Counted from the stretch's first letter, positions 1 to 11,188 are shown. The stretch is DNA of 64,000 nucleotides from Methylophilaceae bacterium (GCA_036561085.1 DATBPY010000023.1:8367-72366), one strand, 5' to 3'. Notes: generated by a model from the sequence alone, not told the origin. Numbers and translations: made by a program.

Positions 1-42
1 ATACTTTGCAGACTATGCAACAAGGAATGCAAAAGAATCAAT

Positions 43-1422
43 ATGAGCACATCTAAAGTGTGGTCCGGCCGTTTCTCCGAGCCCGTGGACGCGTTAGTGA
101 AACGCTATACCGCGTCGGTGAGTTTCGATCAACGTCTGGCCGAATTCGACATCCAGGGGTCGCTGGCACACGCCAATATGCTGGCAACGCAAGGCATCAT
201 AAGCAAGGATGATCTCGCCTCGATCCAGCGCGGCATGGCGGAGATACTGCAAGAGATACGCTCCGGCAAATTCGAATGGTCGCTGGATCTGGAAGATGTG
301 CATCTCAATATCGAAAAACGCCTGACGGATAAAGTAGGCGATGCCGGTAAGCGTTTGCATACCGCGCGCTCGCGCAACGACCAGGTGGCGACGGATATCC
401 GTCTGTGGCTGCGTGCGGCCGTGGATGACATTCTTGGTCTGATCCACAAGTTGCAACTCTCTATTCTCGACCTCGCCGAGCAGCATGTTGATACGGTGAT
501 GCCGGGCTTTACCCATTTGCAGGTGGCGCAACCGGTGACATTCGGCCATCACCTGATGGCGTATTTCGAGATGCTCAAGCGTGATGCGGGGCGCATGACC
601 GACTGTAGAAAACGCATTAATATATTACCGCTGGGTGCGGCTGCGCTAGCAGGTAGCGGGTACCCTGTGGACAGGGAATCCGTAGCAAAAGAACTGGGTT
701 TCGACGGCGTGTGTGAAAACTCGCTGGATGCAGTGTCGGATCGGGATTTCGCCATCGAATTCACAGCCGCCGCTGCACTGGTAATGACACATCTGTCGCG
801 TTTTTCCGAAGAACTGATCCTCTGGTCCAGTCCAAGATTCGGTTTTGTAGACATTGCCGACCGTTATTGCACCGGGTCTTCCATCATGCCGCAAAAAAAG
901 AACCCCGATGTGCCGGAACTGGTGCGAGGCAAGACAGGGCGCGTGAATGGTCACTTGGTAGCTTTGCTGACTTTGATGAAAGGCCAGCCGCTGGCCTACA
1001 ATAAAGACAATCAGGAAGACAAGGAGCCGTTGTTCGATACCGTCGATACTCTGATGGATACGCTCACCATCTACGCCGACATGCTGCGCGGAATCAAGGT
1101 GAACAAGGAAGCGATGCGTCGTGCGGTGCTGGAAGGTTTTGCCACCGCGACCGATCTGGCCGATTATCTGGTGAAAAAAGGGTTGCCGTTCCGCGATGCG
1201 CACGAGGTTGTTGCACTGGCCGTGCGCCATGCGGAATCCAAGAATTGCGCTCTGGAAGATTTATCGTTGGCGGAATTGCAGAAGTTTTCTGCCTTGGTAG
1301 CTGATGATGTTTATGCTGTGTTAACGGTGGAAGGCTCTCTTGCCTCACGCAAGCACATTGGCGGAACCGCGCCGGAACAGGTGAAGAAGGCAATCACTAA
1401 AGCCAGGAAAACGCTGAGCTAA
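43..1422 (+). CDS. argH: argininosuccinate lyase
   Basis: 459-aa ORF. N-terminus 'WSGRFSEP' and fumarate-lyase signature region '[12 protein letters not shown]' are typical of ArgH. Confidence 0.95.
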   Translation: MSTSKVWSGRFSEPVDALVKRYTASVSFDQRLAEFDIQGSLAHANMLATQGIISKDDLASIQRGMAEILQEIRSGKFEWSLDLEDVHLNIEKRLTDKVGDAGKRLHTARSRNDQVATDIRLWLRAAVDDILGLIHKLQLSILDLAEQHVDTVMPGFTHLQVAQPVTFGHHLMAYFEMLKRDAGRMTDCRKRINILPLGAAALAGSGYPVDRESVAKELGFDGVCENSLDAVSDRDFAIEFTAAAALVMTHLSRFSEELILWSSPRFGFVDIADRYCTGSSIMPQKKNPDVPELVRGKTGRVNGHLVALLTLMKGQPLAYNKDNQEDKEPLFDTVDTLMDTLTIYADMLRGIKVNKEAMRRAVLEGFATATDLADYLVKKGLPFRDAHEVVALAVRHAESKNCALEDLSLAELQKFSALVADDVYAVLTVEGSLASRKHIGGTAPEQVKKAITKARKTLS

Positions 1423-2570
1423 CTAGGCAGAAATAGCTGCAGTAGCTCATTCAAAAAACGCTGACCCAACAGCGTGGGGGCGATATGCAGATGGTCGCGC
1501 TGTATCAAGCCTTTGGCCTGTGCCTGTTCCAGGCCTGCATTGACCAAACTGATAGGATATCCGGTTCGTTCCTGGAACAGCGCCACAGGAAAGCCGTCGA
1601 TCAGCCTTAGCGTATTCATCATGAATTCAAACCCCAGATCCTGCCGTGTCAGCGTGTGCTCGCTTTCAATATGGGTACTGGTTGCCGTGGCCTGCATATA
1701 GCTGGCTGGATGTTTGAGCCGCGCCTGGCGGAATATTTTGTCATGATGGGTGATCTTGCTGTGCGCCCCAGCGCCTATACCCAGGTAATCGCCGAACTGC
1801 CAGTAGTTGAGATTGTGGCGACATTGCCGGTTCTTCTGCGCGAAAGCAGAGGTCTCGTAGTGTTCATAGCCAGCTGCCGCCAACTCGCTTTCAATCGCTT
1901 CCTGCATGGCACTGCTGGTATCGTCGTCCGGCAGTACCGGCGGTTTATGATGAAAAGCGGTGTTGGGTTCTATGGTGAGGTGATAGGCTGAGATGTGCTG
2001 CGGCGCGAATGACACTGCACTGGCAATATCTTGCAGCGCTTGTTCCATGCTTTGACCGGGCAATGCGTACATCAGATCCAGATTCACGTTATCGAAAATG
2101 CTCAGAGCGATCTCGGCGGCTTTTCTGGCTTCTGTGCTGTCATGGATGCGACCTAACGCTTTTAAGTGAGCATCGTTAAAGCTCTGTATGCCCAAAGATA
2201 TGCGGTTAACGCCTGCATCTTTAAAACCTTTGAAGCGCGCGGCTTCGACCGTGCCTGGGTTGGCTTCCAGCGTGATCTCGGCATCGTAGTTGATATGCAA
2301 CAGTGCACGCACCTGGCTCAAAAGCCGGTCTATGCTTTCGGCAGAAAACAGACTAGGAGTGCCGCCGCCAAAGAATATGGAGGAGATGCGCCGCCCCCAC
2401 ACCAATGGTAGCGCTTGTTCGAGATCGCGGATAACAGCTTCGCTATAGGCTTGCTGCGGAATCTCGCCGCGCGATTCATGTGAATTGAAATCGCAATAGG
2501 GGCATTTACGCACGCACCAGGGGATGTGGACATAAAGTGCGAGTGGTGGCGGTGCCGGTATTTGCATCAT
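1419..2570 (-). CDS. hemW: radical SAM heme chaperone HemW (YggW, oxygen-independent coproporphyrinogen oxidase-like)
   Basis: Radical-SAM motif '[14 protein letters not shown]'. The track ORF (to 2804) runs into rdgB, so I start it at the internal ATG ATG (2570), which overlaps the rdgB stop. Confidence 0.85.
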   Translation of the reverse strand: MMQIPAPPPLALYVHIPWCVRKCPYCDFNSHESRGEIPQQAYSEAVIRDLEQALPLVWGRRISSIFFGGGTPSLFSAESIDRLLSQVRALLHINYDAEITLEANPGTVEAARFKGFKDAGVNRISLGIQSFNDAHLKALGRIHDSTEARKAAEIALSIFDNVNLDLMYALPGQSMEQALQDIASAVSFAPQHISAYHLTIEPNTAFHHKPPVLPDDDTSSAMQEAIESELAAAGYEHYETSAFAQKNRQCRHNLNYWQFGDYLGIGAGAHSKITHHDKIFRQARLKHPASYMQATATSTHIESEHTLTRQDLGFEFMMNTLRLIDGFPVALFQERTGYPISLVNAGLEQAQAKGLIQRDHLHIAPTLLGQRFLNELLQLFLPS

Positions 2571-3160
2571 GAAGCGTTTAATTTTTCTACCAATGCGGCT
2601 AGGGCTAATCCGCGATGACTGATACGATTCTTGGTCTCCAGCGGTAATTCCGCACCGGTTTGACCAAGTTGCGTATCCAGGAACAAAGGGTCGTAACCGA
2701 AGCCGCCTTCGCCGCGTGGGGTGGTGAGTATCTCGCCGTACCAGCTGCCTTCGGCGATCACCGGTTGCGGATCGTCCGCATGACGTACCAGCACCATGAC
2801 GCAATGGTAGTGCGCTTTGCGATTCGACTGATTCTTCATGGTATCCAGCAGATGGTCATTATTACGTTCATCTGAGCGCGGTTCCCCTGCGTAGCGCGCA
2901 GAGATCACTCCCGGAGCACCGCCCAGGACATCGACGCAGATACCTGAATCATCTGCCAACGCAGGCAAACCGGTCAGCTGGCTGGCATGGCGCGCTTTGG
3001 CAAGCGCATTCTCGACAAAAGTGCAGTGCGGTTCAGCTGCTTCCGGTACATTGAAATCGGATTGCGGTAGCACTTCGATCTGCAGCGGTGCCAGCAACAA
3101 ACGGATTTCCTTTAATTTCCCGGCGTTACCGGTAGCGATCACTAGCTTGCTTATATCCAT
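2567..3160 (-). CDS. rdgB: dITP/XTP pyrophosphatase (non-canonical purine NTP pyrophosphatase)
   Basis: 197 aa. Motifs 'ATGNAGKLKE' and 'GFGYDPLF' are characteristic of the RdgB/HAM1 family. Confidence 0.9.
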   Translation of the reverse strand: MDISKLVIATGNAGKLKEIRLLLAPLQIEVLPQSDFNVPEAAEPHCTFVENALAKARHASQLTGLPALADDSGICVDVLGGAPGVISARYAGEPRSDERNNDHLLDTMKNQSNRKAHYHCVMVLVRHADDPQPVIAEGSWYGEILTTPRGEGGFGYDPLFLDTQLGQTGAELPLETKNRISHRGLALAALVEKLNAS

Positions 3161-3250
3161 AGATTTGATTCCATGGGCTGAATTTTACCCGCAATAGGTA
3201 TAATCGATACATTCGGCAAAAAATATCAGACATCGTTAAAGGGCTTGCTC

Positions 3251-6175
3251 ATGAACAAATACCTGAAATATTCCCTTATCGGCGTTGGCGGTTTGATCGT
3301 ATTGTTGTTAGTGGCCGTTGCTGTCATTAGCGCCACGTTCAACCCCAATGATTACAAACCGCTGATCGTTAAATTGGTCAAGGATAAGAAGCAGCGCACG
3401 CTGAATATAGAGGGTGATATCAAGCTGGCATTCTGGCCCAAACTCGGGGCCGATCTGGGCAAGGTCTCGTTGTCCGAACATAACGGCGACAAAGAGTTCG
3501 CATCCATACAAAGCGCCAAAGTCTTCCTGGCCGTGATACCGCTGTTAAGCAAACAGCTGGTGGTGGATACGGTGCATATAGATGGCGTGCATGCCAACAT
3601 CAAGCGCTTCAAGGACGGCACGACCAACTTTGATGACCTATTGAGCAAGGACAAGTCGGACGAGGCGATCAAGTTCGATGTCGATGGCGTGCAGGTGACT
3701 AACTCCAGCGTTAGCCTGAATGACGAAATGGGCGGTCGTAATTTTGCTATCAGCGATATCAAGCTGAAGACCGGGCATCTGGCTCCCAACGCTCCGATCG
3801 ATGTGGAAACCCAATTCACACTACAAGGCGATAATCCGAAGATCGCTGCCAAGATGCAGTTCAAGGGCACCCTGTTGGCCGATACTGAGCACAAGCAATA
3901 CGGTGCAAAAGGGATGGATATAGCGTTACAGGGCGACGTGGCAACATTGAAAGCCCTCGACCTCAAATTATCAGGCGATGTGGATGCGAAACCGGAAGCC
4001 AAGGAGTTCGAGCTGAATGACCTGAAACTGTCAGCCAAAGCCGATATGCAGGGCAAGAAACTGATCATTGATCTGGATGCACCTAGTTTGATCGCTAAAA
4101 ATAATGAAGTCAGCGGCAAGGAAGCACATTTGAACCTGACGCAAACCGCAGGTGCCGATACATTCAATGCCAAGATCACCATTGCTAATCTGCAAGGTTC
4201 GACCAAGGCCTTTCAAAGTTCCGGCGTCAGTGGCGATCTTTCCGGTAAGCAAGGCCAACGTACTTTGTCAGGCAAGTTCACCTCACCTTTCAGCGGTAAT
4301 CTGGATGGGCAAGTGTTTAATCTGCCAAAACTGGCAGGCGAAATAAATGTGAAGGACCCGGCGTTACCCAATGGTGCGATGAAAGCCAGTTTTAACGTCA
4401 ATGCGCATGCCGATCTGAAGCAGGAGCAGGCAACCGTGGGTTTGGGTGCCGATATCGATGGCAGCAAGCTTAACGGCAATGTGGCTGTGACCAGTTTTTC
4501 CAAGCCTAGCGTCAAATTCGACATGACGGCGGATGAGCTGGATCTGAACAAGATACTCGGCAAGCAAAAAGACACAGCTCCCAAACCTGCTGCAGATAAA
4601 CCGGCAGACCTGTCAGTCCTTAAAAATGTATTGGCCGAAGGCAAGCTCAATGTGGGCAGTATTGTTTACGACAAATACCATATCGCCAACCTGGCGCTGG
4701 CGATCAAGGCGGATGGGCAAGCGCTCACCGTTAAGCCGCTATCGGCCAAGTTCGATGATAGCGAGATCAAGGGCAGTGTCGGCATCAGTCATTTTGAAAA
4801 ACCTCTATATACCTTCGACCTGGACATAGATAAGGTGGATGCAGACCGTTATATTCCGCCCAGCGATCCTAAAGCTGCCCCCAAGCCGCTCGATCTGTCT
4901 GCACTCAAAGCATTGAACGCGACGGGTAGTATCCGTATCGCCAGCCTGAAATACGGCAAAGTGCAAAGCTCCAATATCCGTATCGATTTGAAAGGCGATG
5001 GCGAAAAGCTTAGCCTGGATCCCTTCAGCGCCAAGATAGATGATAGCCAGGTCAAGGCGGTGCTTGGCATCACGCGATTTCAAAGCCCGCAATTCAGCTT
5101 CAACATAGACATAGACAAGCTGGATGCCGACCGCTACATCACCAAAAGCGACCCGGCAGCCAAGCCGAAGGCCACGAATGCCGATACCCGCATAGACCTT
5201 AGCGCGCTGAAAACGCTGAGTGCCAGCGGTGAAGCGCATTTCGGTTCGCTTAAGGTTGCCAATATCAAGACGGCTAACGTCAAATTAGGGATGAAAGCGG
5301 ATGGCGGCATAGTGGTGCTGGCACCGTTTTCGGCTGATCTATATCAAGGCAGCATGAGCGGGTCGCTGAATGTGGATGCACGTGCGGTTCCTGCCATCAC
5401 CTTCAAACAGGAAATGAAAAGTGTCGCGGTGGGGCCGTTGATGGTGGATGCCATCAATAACGATATGCTGGAGGGAAAAGGAACGGTAAAGGTCGATGTT
5501 TCCACTCAAGGCAGCACTGTGAACGCCCTGAAAAAAGCGCTGAACGGGTCAGCTGCGCTCAATTTGGCTGATGGTGCGATCAAGGGTATAGACATCGCCG
5601 GTACCATACGCAACATCAAGAGCAAGTTCAATTTCAGCGGTAATAGCGTGAGTTCCGACCAGAAGCAAAAGACGGATTTCAGCGAGATGTCAGCCAGTTT
5701 CAATATTAAGAATGGCGTAGCGCACAATGAAGACCTCAGTATCAAGGCGCCGATACTCAGAATCACAGGGAGCGGCGACATCGATATCGGCAACGAAACC
5801 TTGAACTATGTTGCCAAGCCCACCGTGGTTGCTTCACTGAAAGGTCAGGGAGGAAATGATCTGGATAAATTAAATGGTTTGACGTTCCCCATCAAACTGA
5901 CAGGGACTTTCAGCGCACCTAAATACGGTCTGGACTTCTCGGCTATCGGTACCGAGATCGCCAAGAAAGGGTTATTGGATAAAGTGGGCGGCAGCAAAGG
6001 CGCTGTACTCCAGAGTCTTGTTGGAGGCGACAAAGCCGGTGCTTTGGGAAGTTTGCTAGGCAAGGATAAAGCAGCAGCACCGGCATCATCAGATGCTGCA
6101 CCATCCACACCGCCACCTGCAAGCACTCCCGCAGATAAAGCGAAGAAGAAGCTGAATAAACTGCTAGGGTTTTAA
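3251..6175 (+). CDS. asmA: AsmA family outer-membrane biogenesis protein
   Basis: About 974 aa with an N-terminal membrane anchor, a long beta-rich repetitive body and an Ala/Pro/Lys-rich tail. ATG at 3251 is preferred over the track's TTG at 3245. Confidence 0.8.
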   Translation: MNKYLKYSLIGVGGLIVLLLVAVAVISATFNPNDYKPLIVKLVKDKKQRTLNIEGDIKLAFWPKLGADLGKVSLSEHNGDKEFASIQSAKVFLAVIPLLSKQLVVDTVHIDGVHANIKRFKDGTTNFDDLLSKDKSDEAIKFDVDGVQVTNSSVSLNDEMGGRNFAISDIKLKTGHLAPNAPIDVETQFTLQGDNPKIAAKMQFKGTLLADTEHKQYGAKGMDIALQGDVATLKALDLKLSGDVDAKPEAKEFELNDLKLSAKADMQGKKLIIDLDAPSLIAKNNEVSGKEAHLNLTQTAGADTFNAKITIANLQGSTKAFQSSGVSGDLSGKQGQRTLSGKFTSPFSGNLDGQVFNLPKLAGEINVKDPALPNGAMKASFNVNAHADLKQEQATVGLGADIDGSKLNGNVAVTSFSKPSVKFDMTADELDLNKILGKQKDTAPKPAADKPADLSVLKNVLAEGKLNVGSIVYDKYHIANLALAIKADGQALTVKPLSAKFDDSEIKGSVGISHFEKPLYTFDLDIDKVDADRYIPPSDPKAAPKPLDLSALKALNATGSIRIASLKYGKVQSSNIRIDLKGDGEKLSLDPFSAKIDDSQVKAVLGITRFQSPQFSFNIDIDKLDADRYITKSDPAAKPKATNADTRIDLSALKTLSASGEAHFGSLKVANIKTANVKLGMKADGGIVVLAPFSADLYQGSMSGSLNVDARAVPAITFKQEMKSVAVGPLMVDAINNDMLEGKGTVKVDVSTQGSTVNALKKALNGSAALNLADGAIKGIDIAGTIRNIKSKFNFSGNSVSSDQKQKTDFSEMSASFNIKNGVAHNEDLSIKAPILRITGSGDIDIGNETLNYVAKPTVVASLKGQGGNDLDKLNGLTFPIKLTGTFSAPKYGLDFSAIGTEIAKKGLLDKVGGSKGAVLQSLVGGDKAGALGSLLGKDKAAAPASSDAAPSTPPPASTPADKAKKKLNKLLGF
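4510..5400 (+). repeat. three tandem ~98-aa (about 295-nt) degenerate repeats inside asmA
   Basis: Recurring blocks 'FDMTADELDLNKIL', 'FDLDIDKVDADRYI' and 'FNIDIDKLDADRYI', each followed by 'DLSxLKxL..G....S..Y....' and 'L...PxSAKxDDSxxKG'. Confidence 0.6.
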
Positions 6176-6178
6176 ATA

Positions 6179-7438
6179 TTACCCGCGACGCATGGAGTCG
6201 AAGAACTCGTTGTTGTTCTTTGTTGCTTTGATTTTATCCAACAAGAACTCCATCGCTTCAAGGTCGTCCATCGGATAGAGCAATTTGCGCAGTACCCAGA
6301 TCTTTTGCAGCACGCTTTGCTCTATCAGTAACTCTTCGCGGCGTGTACCGGAGCGGTTGACGTTGATGGCGGGGTAGAGGCGTTTCTCGGCCATACGTCT
6401 ATCCAGATGGATTTCCATATTGCCGGTACCCTTGAATTCTTCATAGATCACATCATCCATACGGCTGCCGGTATCGACCAGCGCAGTTGCAATGATGGTG
6501 AGCGAACCACCTTCTTCGATATTACGTGCAGCGCCGAAGAAGCGTTTGGGGCGTTGCAGGGCGTTAGCATCCACACCGCCCGTCAGTACTTTGCCTGAAG
6601 CTGGTACTACCGTGTTGTAAGCGCGTGCCAGACGGGTGATCGAATCGAGCAGGATAACCACGTCTTTTTTATGTTCAACCAGGCGCTTGGCTTTTTCCAG
6701 CACCATTTCTGCAACCTGAACGTGGCGTGTAGCTGGTTCGTCGAAGGTAGAGGCGACCACTTCACCGCGTACGGTACGGGTCATTTCCGTCACTTCTTCA
6801 GGACGTTCGTCTATCAGTAGTACGATCAATACTACGTCGGGGTGGTTGGAAGTGATGGCATGCGCAATATGCTGCAGCATCACTGTCTTGCCCGACTTGG
6901 GGCTCGCTACCAGCAATCCGCGTTGACCTTTACCTATAGGGGCGATCATGTCGATCACACGACCGGTGATGTTTTCATCACTCTTGATGTCACGTTCCAG
7001 AATAAGCGGTTGGGTGGGGAATAACGGGGTGAGGTTTTCAAACAGTATTTTGTGCTTGGTACTATCCGGTGCTTCATCGTTGACGCTATCTACTTTTACT
7101 AATGCAAAATAACGCTCGCCATCTTTGGGGGTACGAATCTCACCGGTAATGGTGTCGCCTGTATGTAAATTGAAACGGCGTATCTGTGAAGGTGAAACAT
7201 AAATATCGTCAGGCCCTGCCAAATATGAGCTATCCGGTGACCGCAAGAATCCGAAGCCGTCGGAAAGAACTTCCAGAGTCCCATTGCCAAAAATGCTTTC
7301 GCCTTTTTTGCCTTTGTTCTTAAGCAACGCGAAAATAAGGTCCTGTTTGCGTAACCGGTTTGCACCTTCGATTTCATTGGCAATGGCCATTTCGACCAGT
7401 TCGGTCACGGGAGTTTGTTTCAGTTCGGATAAGTGCAT
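6179..7438 (-). CDS. rho: transcription termination factor Rho
   Basis: N-terminus '[18 protein letters not shown]' resembles E. coli Rho, and a Walker A 'PKSGKT' is present. Starting at the internal ATG gives 419 aa. Confidence 0.95.
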   Translation of the reverse strand: MHLSELKQTPVTELVEMAIANEIEGANRLRKQDLIFALLKNKGKKGESIFGNGTLEVLSDGFGFLRSPDSSYLAGPDDIYVSPSQIRRFNLHTGDTITGEIRTPKDGERYFALVKVDSVNDEAPDSTKHKILFENLTPLFPTQPLILERDIKSDENITGRVIDMIAPIGKGQRGLLVASPKSGKTVMLQHIAHAITSNHPDVVLIVLLIDERPEEVTEMTRTVRGEVVASTFDEPATRHVQVAEMVLEKAKRLVEHKKDVVILLDSITRLARAYNTVVPASGKVLTGGVDANALQRPKRFFGAARNIEEGGSLTIIATALVDTGSRMDDVIYEEFKGTGNMEIHLDRRMAEKRLYPAINVNRSGTRREELLIEQSVLQKIWVLRKLLYPMDDLEAMEFLLDKIKATKNNNEFFDSMRRG

Positions 7439-7450
7439 ACGGATACAGCC

Positions 7451-7503
7451 TTGTTCAGGAAGTTGGGTGGGTCTGGAAATAGTAAGGGGAAAAAGGGATT
7501 TGG
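7451..7503 (-). promoter_or_regulatory. C-rich/G-poor stretch in the rho 5' leader (candidate rut-like autoregulatory site)
   Basis: On the mRNA strand I count 22 C and 2 G in 53 nt, ending 13 nt upstream of the rho ATG. Confidence 0.35.
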
Positions 7504-7596
7504 TTACAGACGGCTTATTGCGCACATCTTTTTTTGAAACCCCTGAATACGACGTTTTGAGACCAAAACGCGGATTCAGGTGCTAGCGTAAGTGTT

Positions 7597-7923
7597 TTAT
7601 ATATTGCTGTCAATAAAAGCTGTTAATTGAGATTTCGAGAGTGCGCCGACTTTGGTCGCCTCTACATTGCCGTTCTTGAACAGCATCAGGGTCGGGATGC
7701 CGCGAATACCGTATTTTGGCGGTGTCGCCTGGTTCTCGTCGATGTTGAGTTTGGCGATTTTAATACGATCACCATATTCTTTAACGATCTCGTCCAGGAT
7801 AGGTGCGATCATTTTGCATGGGCCGCACCATTCAGCCCAGTAGTCGACCAGCACTGGAACAGTCGATTCCAGCACATCTTGCTGAAACGACGCATCGCTA
7901 ATATGAATAATTTGTTCGCTCAT
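7597..7923 (-). CDS. trxA: thioredoxin
   Basis: 108 aa with active site '[10 protein letters not shown]'. Confidence 0.95.
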   Translation of the reverse strand: MSEQIIHISDASFQQDVLESTVPVLVDYWAEWCGPCKMIAPILDEIVKEYGDRIKIAKLNIDENQATPPKYGIRGIPTLMLFKNGNVEATKVGALSKSQLTAFIDSNI

Positions 7924-8103
7924 GGAAAACCTCGATTACGTGTTCTGGGAAAATGAGAATTGGGAAGTTCGTTGTTGCTATCGTAGCGAAAAAAAGCCGG
8001 TTCGTGAAGCGCTAAATCATTTTTCCCTACGCATATTGTGTATTCACCTTCTTCTCGTAGGTTGTAAGATGAGGGCATGTCGTGACAGTTCAAGGGCTTG
8101 TTG

Positions 8104-8565
8104 ATGAAACTAAAATATTTAAAGTACGCCATTTTTTTTGCTTTGGTGCTATTGAGTCACTCCGTCAGAGCAGACGGCTTCAATGTGACTGACTTGAATG
8201 GCAAGGCGCATGCATTGTCTGACTATAGAGGTAAATGGGTGCTGGTGAATTTCTGGGCAACTTGGTGTCCGCCATGTTTGGAAGAGATTCCTGATCTGCT
8301 TGCCTTGGAGGAAGCTCATAAAGAGTTGGCCGTCATCGGCGTAGCGATGGATTACAAAAGCAAAAAAGAGGTCATGGATTTTGCGGATGACAACCTGATG
8401 AGCTATCCATTGGTGTTGGGCGATGAAAAAACCGTGAGTCAGTTCGGGGATGCTGAAGTGTTACCCACTACCTATCTCTACAATCCTCAAGGCAAGCTCG
8501 TGAAACGTTACCGGGGCAGTATTTCACGAGCTGCCGTAGAAAAATTACTATCCGGTAAGTCTTAA
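8104..8565 (+). CDS. TlpA/ResA-family periplasmic thiol:disulfide oxidoreductase
   Basis: Signal peptide followed by 'WATWCPPC'. ATG at 8104 is preferred over the TTG at 8098. Confidence 0.8.
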   Translation: MKLKYLKYAIFFALVLLSHSVRADGFNVTDLNGKAHALSDYRGKWVLVNFWATWCPPCLEEIPDLLALEEAHKELAVIGVAMDYKSKKEVMDFADDNLMSYPLVLGDEKTVSQFGDAEVLPTTYLYNPQGKLVKRYRGSISRAAVEKLLSGKS

Positions 8566-9131
8566 GAGATATATTCAAACACTCTAACTACCTTGGTTAC
8601 GCCTTCTGTGCTACGCGCTATGTCCGTTGCATCGTCTGCTTCCTTGTGTGTCACCAGACCCATCAGATAAACCACTGAGGCTTCGGTGACCACTTTGACG
8701 TAATTGGCCGGGAAGCGGTTCTCACTCACCATGCGCGTTTTCACCTTGGACGTGATGTACGTGTCGTTGGTGCGGTTGCTGATGGTACTGATCATGCCTA
8801 CCGTAAGTTCATTTGTGACATTGCGCACATGCGGTATGGTTTTTGCGATCGCCTCTGCTTTGCTCTTGGTTTCTTCGTCAGTCGCCTCACCGGTGAGCAA
8901 CACGTTGTAATTATAGCTGGCGGCATTCACATGAATCTTGTCTTGTAGCTGCGTGGAAATCTGAGTCTCAGCTTTCAGTTCTATGCCTTTATCGTCTATG
9001 AATGCGCCGGATGAACGACGGTCGGCCGCCATCACTCCGCCAGTAGCGGCTCCCCCGGCAATGATCGGTAAACAGCCATTGAGGGTAGTTACCAATACCA
9101 CGGTGGTGATTAAATATAAAAATAAACGCAT
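8562..9131 (-). CDS. dual-BON-domain lipoprotein (YraP/DolP-like)
   Basis: Lipobox 'LNGC' and two BON-like repeats. It sits in the conserved yraP-yraN-lpoA/rsmI neighbourhood. Confidence 0.75.
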   Translation of the reverse strand: MRLFLYLITTVVLVTTLNGCLPIIAGGAATGGVMAADRRSSGAFIDDKGIELKAETQISTQLQDKIHVNAASYNYNVLLTGEATDEETKSKAEAIAKTIPHVRNVTNELTVGMISTISNRTNDTYITSKVKTRMVSENRFPANYVKVVTEASVVYLMGLVTHKEADDATDIARSTEGVTKVVRVFEYIS

Positions 9132-9155
9132 ATTCAGATTCCTTAAAAAGTTGAT

Positions 9156-9494
9156 TCAGGTTGCAAAAGCATTCTTGATCCATTCTATATTGCGTTCGCC
9201 GTCCAACACGACTACATCGAACCGGCAAGCCATTTCCCGGCTTTGTTGTTGCAAATAGATTTGTGCAGCTCGGATAATGCGACCTTGCTTGGCGCTAGTA
9301 ATACTGCCGACCGCGCCGCCGAAATGCGGGTTAGTACGCAGCCTTACTTCCACAAATACCAGCGTCGTCCCATCATGCAGAATCAGGTCGATCTCACCGA
9401 AGCGGCAGAGAAAGTTGGATTCTATTAATTGCAGTCCGTTCCGTTGCAAATACTCTGAGACTAATTGCTCGGCTGCAGCTCCGTCATTTTTCAC
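9156..9494 (-). CDS. yraN: YraN family (UPF0102) endonuclease-like protein
   Basis: 112 aa with 'GEIDLILHD' and 'FVEVRLR' motifs. Synteny with lpoA and rsmI supports the call. Confidence 0.8.
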   Translation of the reverse strand: MKNDGAAAEQLVSEYLQRNGLQLIESNFLCRFGEIDLILHDGTTLVFVEVRLRTNPHFGGAVGSITSAKQGRIIRAAQIYLQQQSREMACRFDVVVLDGERNIEWIKNAFAT

Positions 9495-11188
9495 GGCGTG
9501 CTTTCTATGGCCACTCCGTCATGACGAAATTGTGCCAGCGGCAGTTCGCGTGCCAACACGCCATGCTCTCCCCAGGAGATCTTTCCTGTGGCACCATCCA
9601 ATAAGACATCATTGCCTGATCTGCCCTGCAATTTCGGTAGGATGTTATAAGCATCCAGTCCCAGTGCAAAAAGACGCTGCAATTCCACTCCGATAAACCG
9701 GGTGGCCGTCGCACGAAAAAGCGCGAATGCAGAACTATCAGGTACCAATATCCACGGAATATCCACAAAATGTATCGCGTTCAAATCCGCATTCTGCGAA
9801 TTGCCGGAGGCGCCATCATAAAGATAGGACGTACCGTAAGTTGGAACCGAAGCATCCAGATAGGGGCGTACTCGCTTGGCGTAAGTAGCGTTGGCTGCCA
9901 GAAAGATCATATCTGCCGGATTTGCCGCAGTAGATTTTAAAGTCGCAAGTTTACCGACATCACTGGGGATCTCAATTTGGGCCGTTATTTTACCGTCCAT
10001 AGCCTGCCATTGCGACGCGAAGGCCTTGGCGATGCGTTTTGCCAATGCGGAATCGGCAACGATGATTTGTGCTGTTTGCAAACCGTTATTGCGTGCGAAG
10101 GTGGCTATCTGTTTCGCCTCAGCCTCTGGCGAGAGCGTTAGCATGGTGAGGTTTTCCTGCGGTTTGACTTCCTTATAGGGTTGGTTAAGGGCCAACGTAG
10201 GCACTTGCACCGGTGCAGAAGTGATCAGCGTTACTTCATCTTTGGTCAGAGGTCCCACGATGAAATCCGCACCCTCAGCGATCGCTCTTTTGTAGACCAA
10301 CTCCGTCTCCAAAGGAGTCCCGGTTTCATAAGCTTGTATTTCAGGCTTGTTGGGCATGGTGTCTGCGGCATAAGCAGCCATAAAACCGGCTTGCACTGCT
10401 TGCGCGGCATCGCCATATAACTTGGATTTAAGAGGCAGCAATAAGGCGATCTTGCCGAAACTGCCCATGTTGGCAGGTGGTGTCGCAACTTTGTCAGCAC
10501 CGGTCGGCCCTTGAGCGATCTTGGCTAGCAATGCTTCACTAATGACATGGCTGGGATACGCCAAGCGCCATCGTTCTATATTCTGGGCTCTATGATCTGC
10601 ATTGTTTGCCGCTAATGCCAGATCGATCCAGCCTTGTTCAGTACTATCATTAACTGCGCCGCGCATTTGCAGCAACATTTCTTTCGGTTGTGTGGATACC
10701 AACGCCCAGATAGCATCTTCAAACGCGTGCGGGTCAATGTATGCGCAGGCTTGAGTATATTGATCCAACGCCCGCAGAGGGTTATCCGCATGCACATAGG
10801 CTTGCGCCAGGGTTGCGTGTAAACTGGCATAAGCCAAGGGTAATAGGTTGACTTCTGCCTGTATAGGAATGAGCAGGCGCAAGGCCGTATCGTAATCGCC
10901 TTTCGATGCAGCGATCTGTCCTTCAAGTATCTTGCTGTAAGGCGAAGCTGGGTTAATCAGCGCCCAGTCTAGTTGAGCACAGTTGGCATCAGAGGCACCG
11001 AGGCAGGAAAGAGCTTCGAGATAGAGTTGTTCGGAGGTTTTGGACGACGTTTTCTGAACTTGCGCAGCAGGAGCGGCGGGGGCAGGTTGTTTTGCGGCAT
11101 CCTTAACGTCGGCGGCATAGACGCCAGACGCAAATGTGGGCAACAGTACTAGAGAGACAATAAAACGTTGAATCAGCCATTTGATCAT
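9491..11188 (-). CDS. lpoA: penicillin-binding protein activator LpoA-like
   Basis: 565 aa with a signal peptide, a TPR-like N-terminal half and a periplasmic-binding-fold C-terminal half. It is divergent from rsmI, as in E. coli. Confidence 0.7.
   Translation of the reverse strand: MIKWLIQRFIVSLVLLPTFASGVYAADVKDAAKQPAPAAPAAQVQKTSSKTSEQLYLEALSCLGASDANCAQLDWALINPASPYSKILEGQIAASKGDYDTALRLLIPIQAEVNLLPLAYASLHATLAQAYVHADNPLRALDQYTQACAYIDPHAFEDAIWALVSTQPKEMLLQMRGAVNDSTEQGWIDLALAANNADHRAQNIERWRLAYPSHVISEALLAKIAQGPTGADKVATPPANMGSFGKIALLLPLKSKLYGDAAQAVQAGFMAAYAADTMPNKPEIQAYETGTPLETELVYKRAIAEGADFIVGPLTKDEVTLITSAPVQVPTLALNQPYKEVKPQENLTMLTLSPEAEAKQIATFARNNGLQTAQIIVADSALAKRIAKAFASQWQAMDGKITAQIEIPSDVGKLATLKSTAANPADMIFLAANATYAKRVRPYLDASVPTYGTSYLYDGASGNSQNADLNAIHFVDIPWILVPDSSAFALFRATATRFIGVELQRLFALGLDAYNILPKLQGRSGNDVLLDGATGKISWGEHGVLARELPLAQFRHDGVAIESTP

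Noticed and set aside
1419-2804. Long N-terminal extensions on several track ORFs: hemW, rho (to 7525), ybeD (to 17513), mpl (from 25839), lipA (to 32746), fxsA (to 34338), the second cytochrome c (to 59376) and xoxF (to 63138)
   Set aside because: The extensions are Arg/Cys-rich or overlap neighbouring genes or terminators. Internal ATGs give family-typical N-termini, often with ATGA stop/start overlaps or SD sequences.
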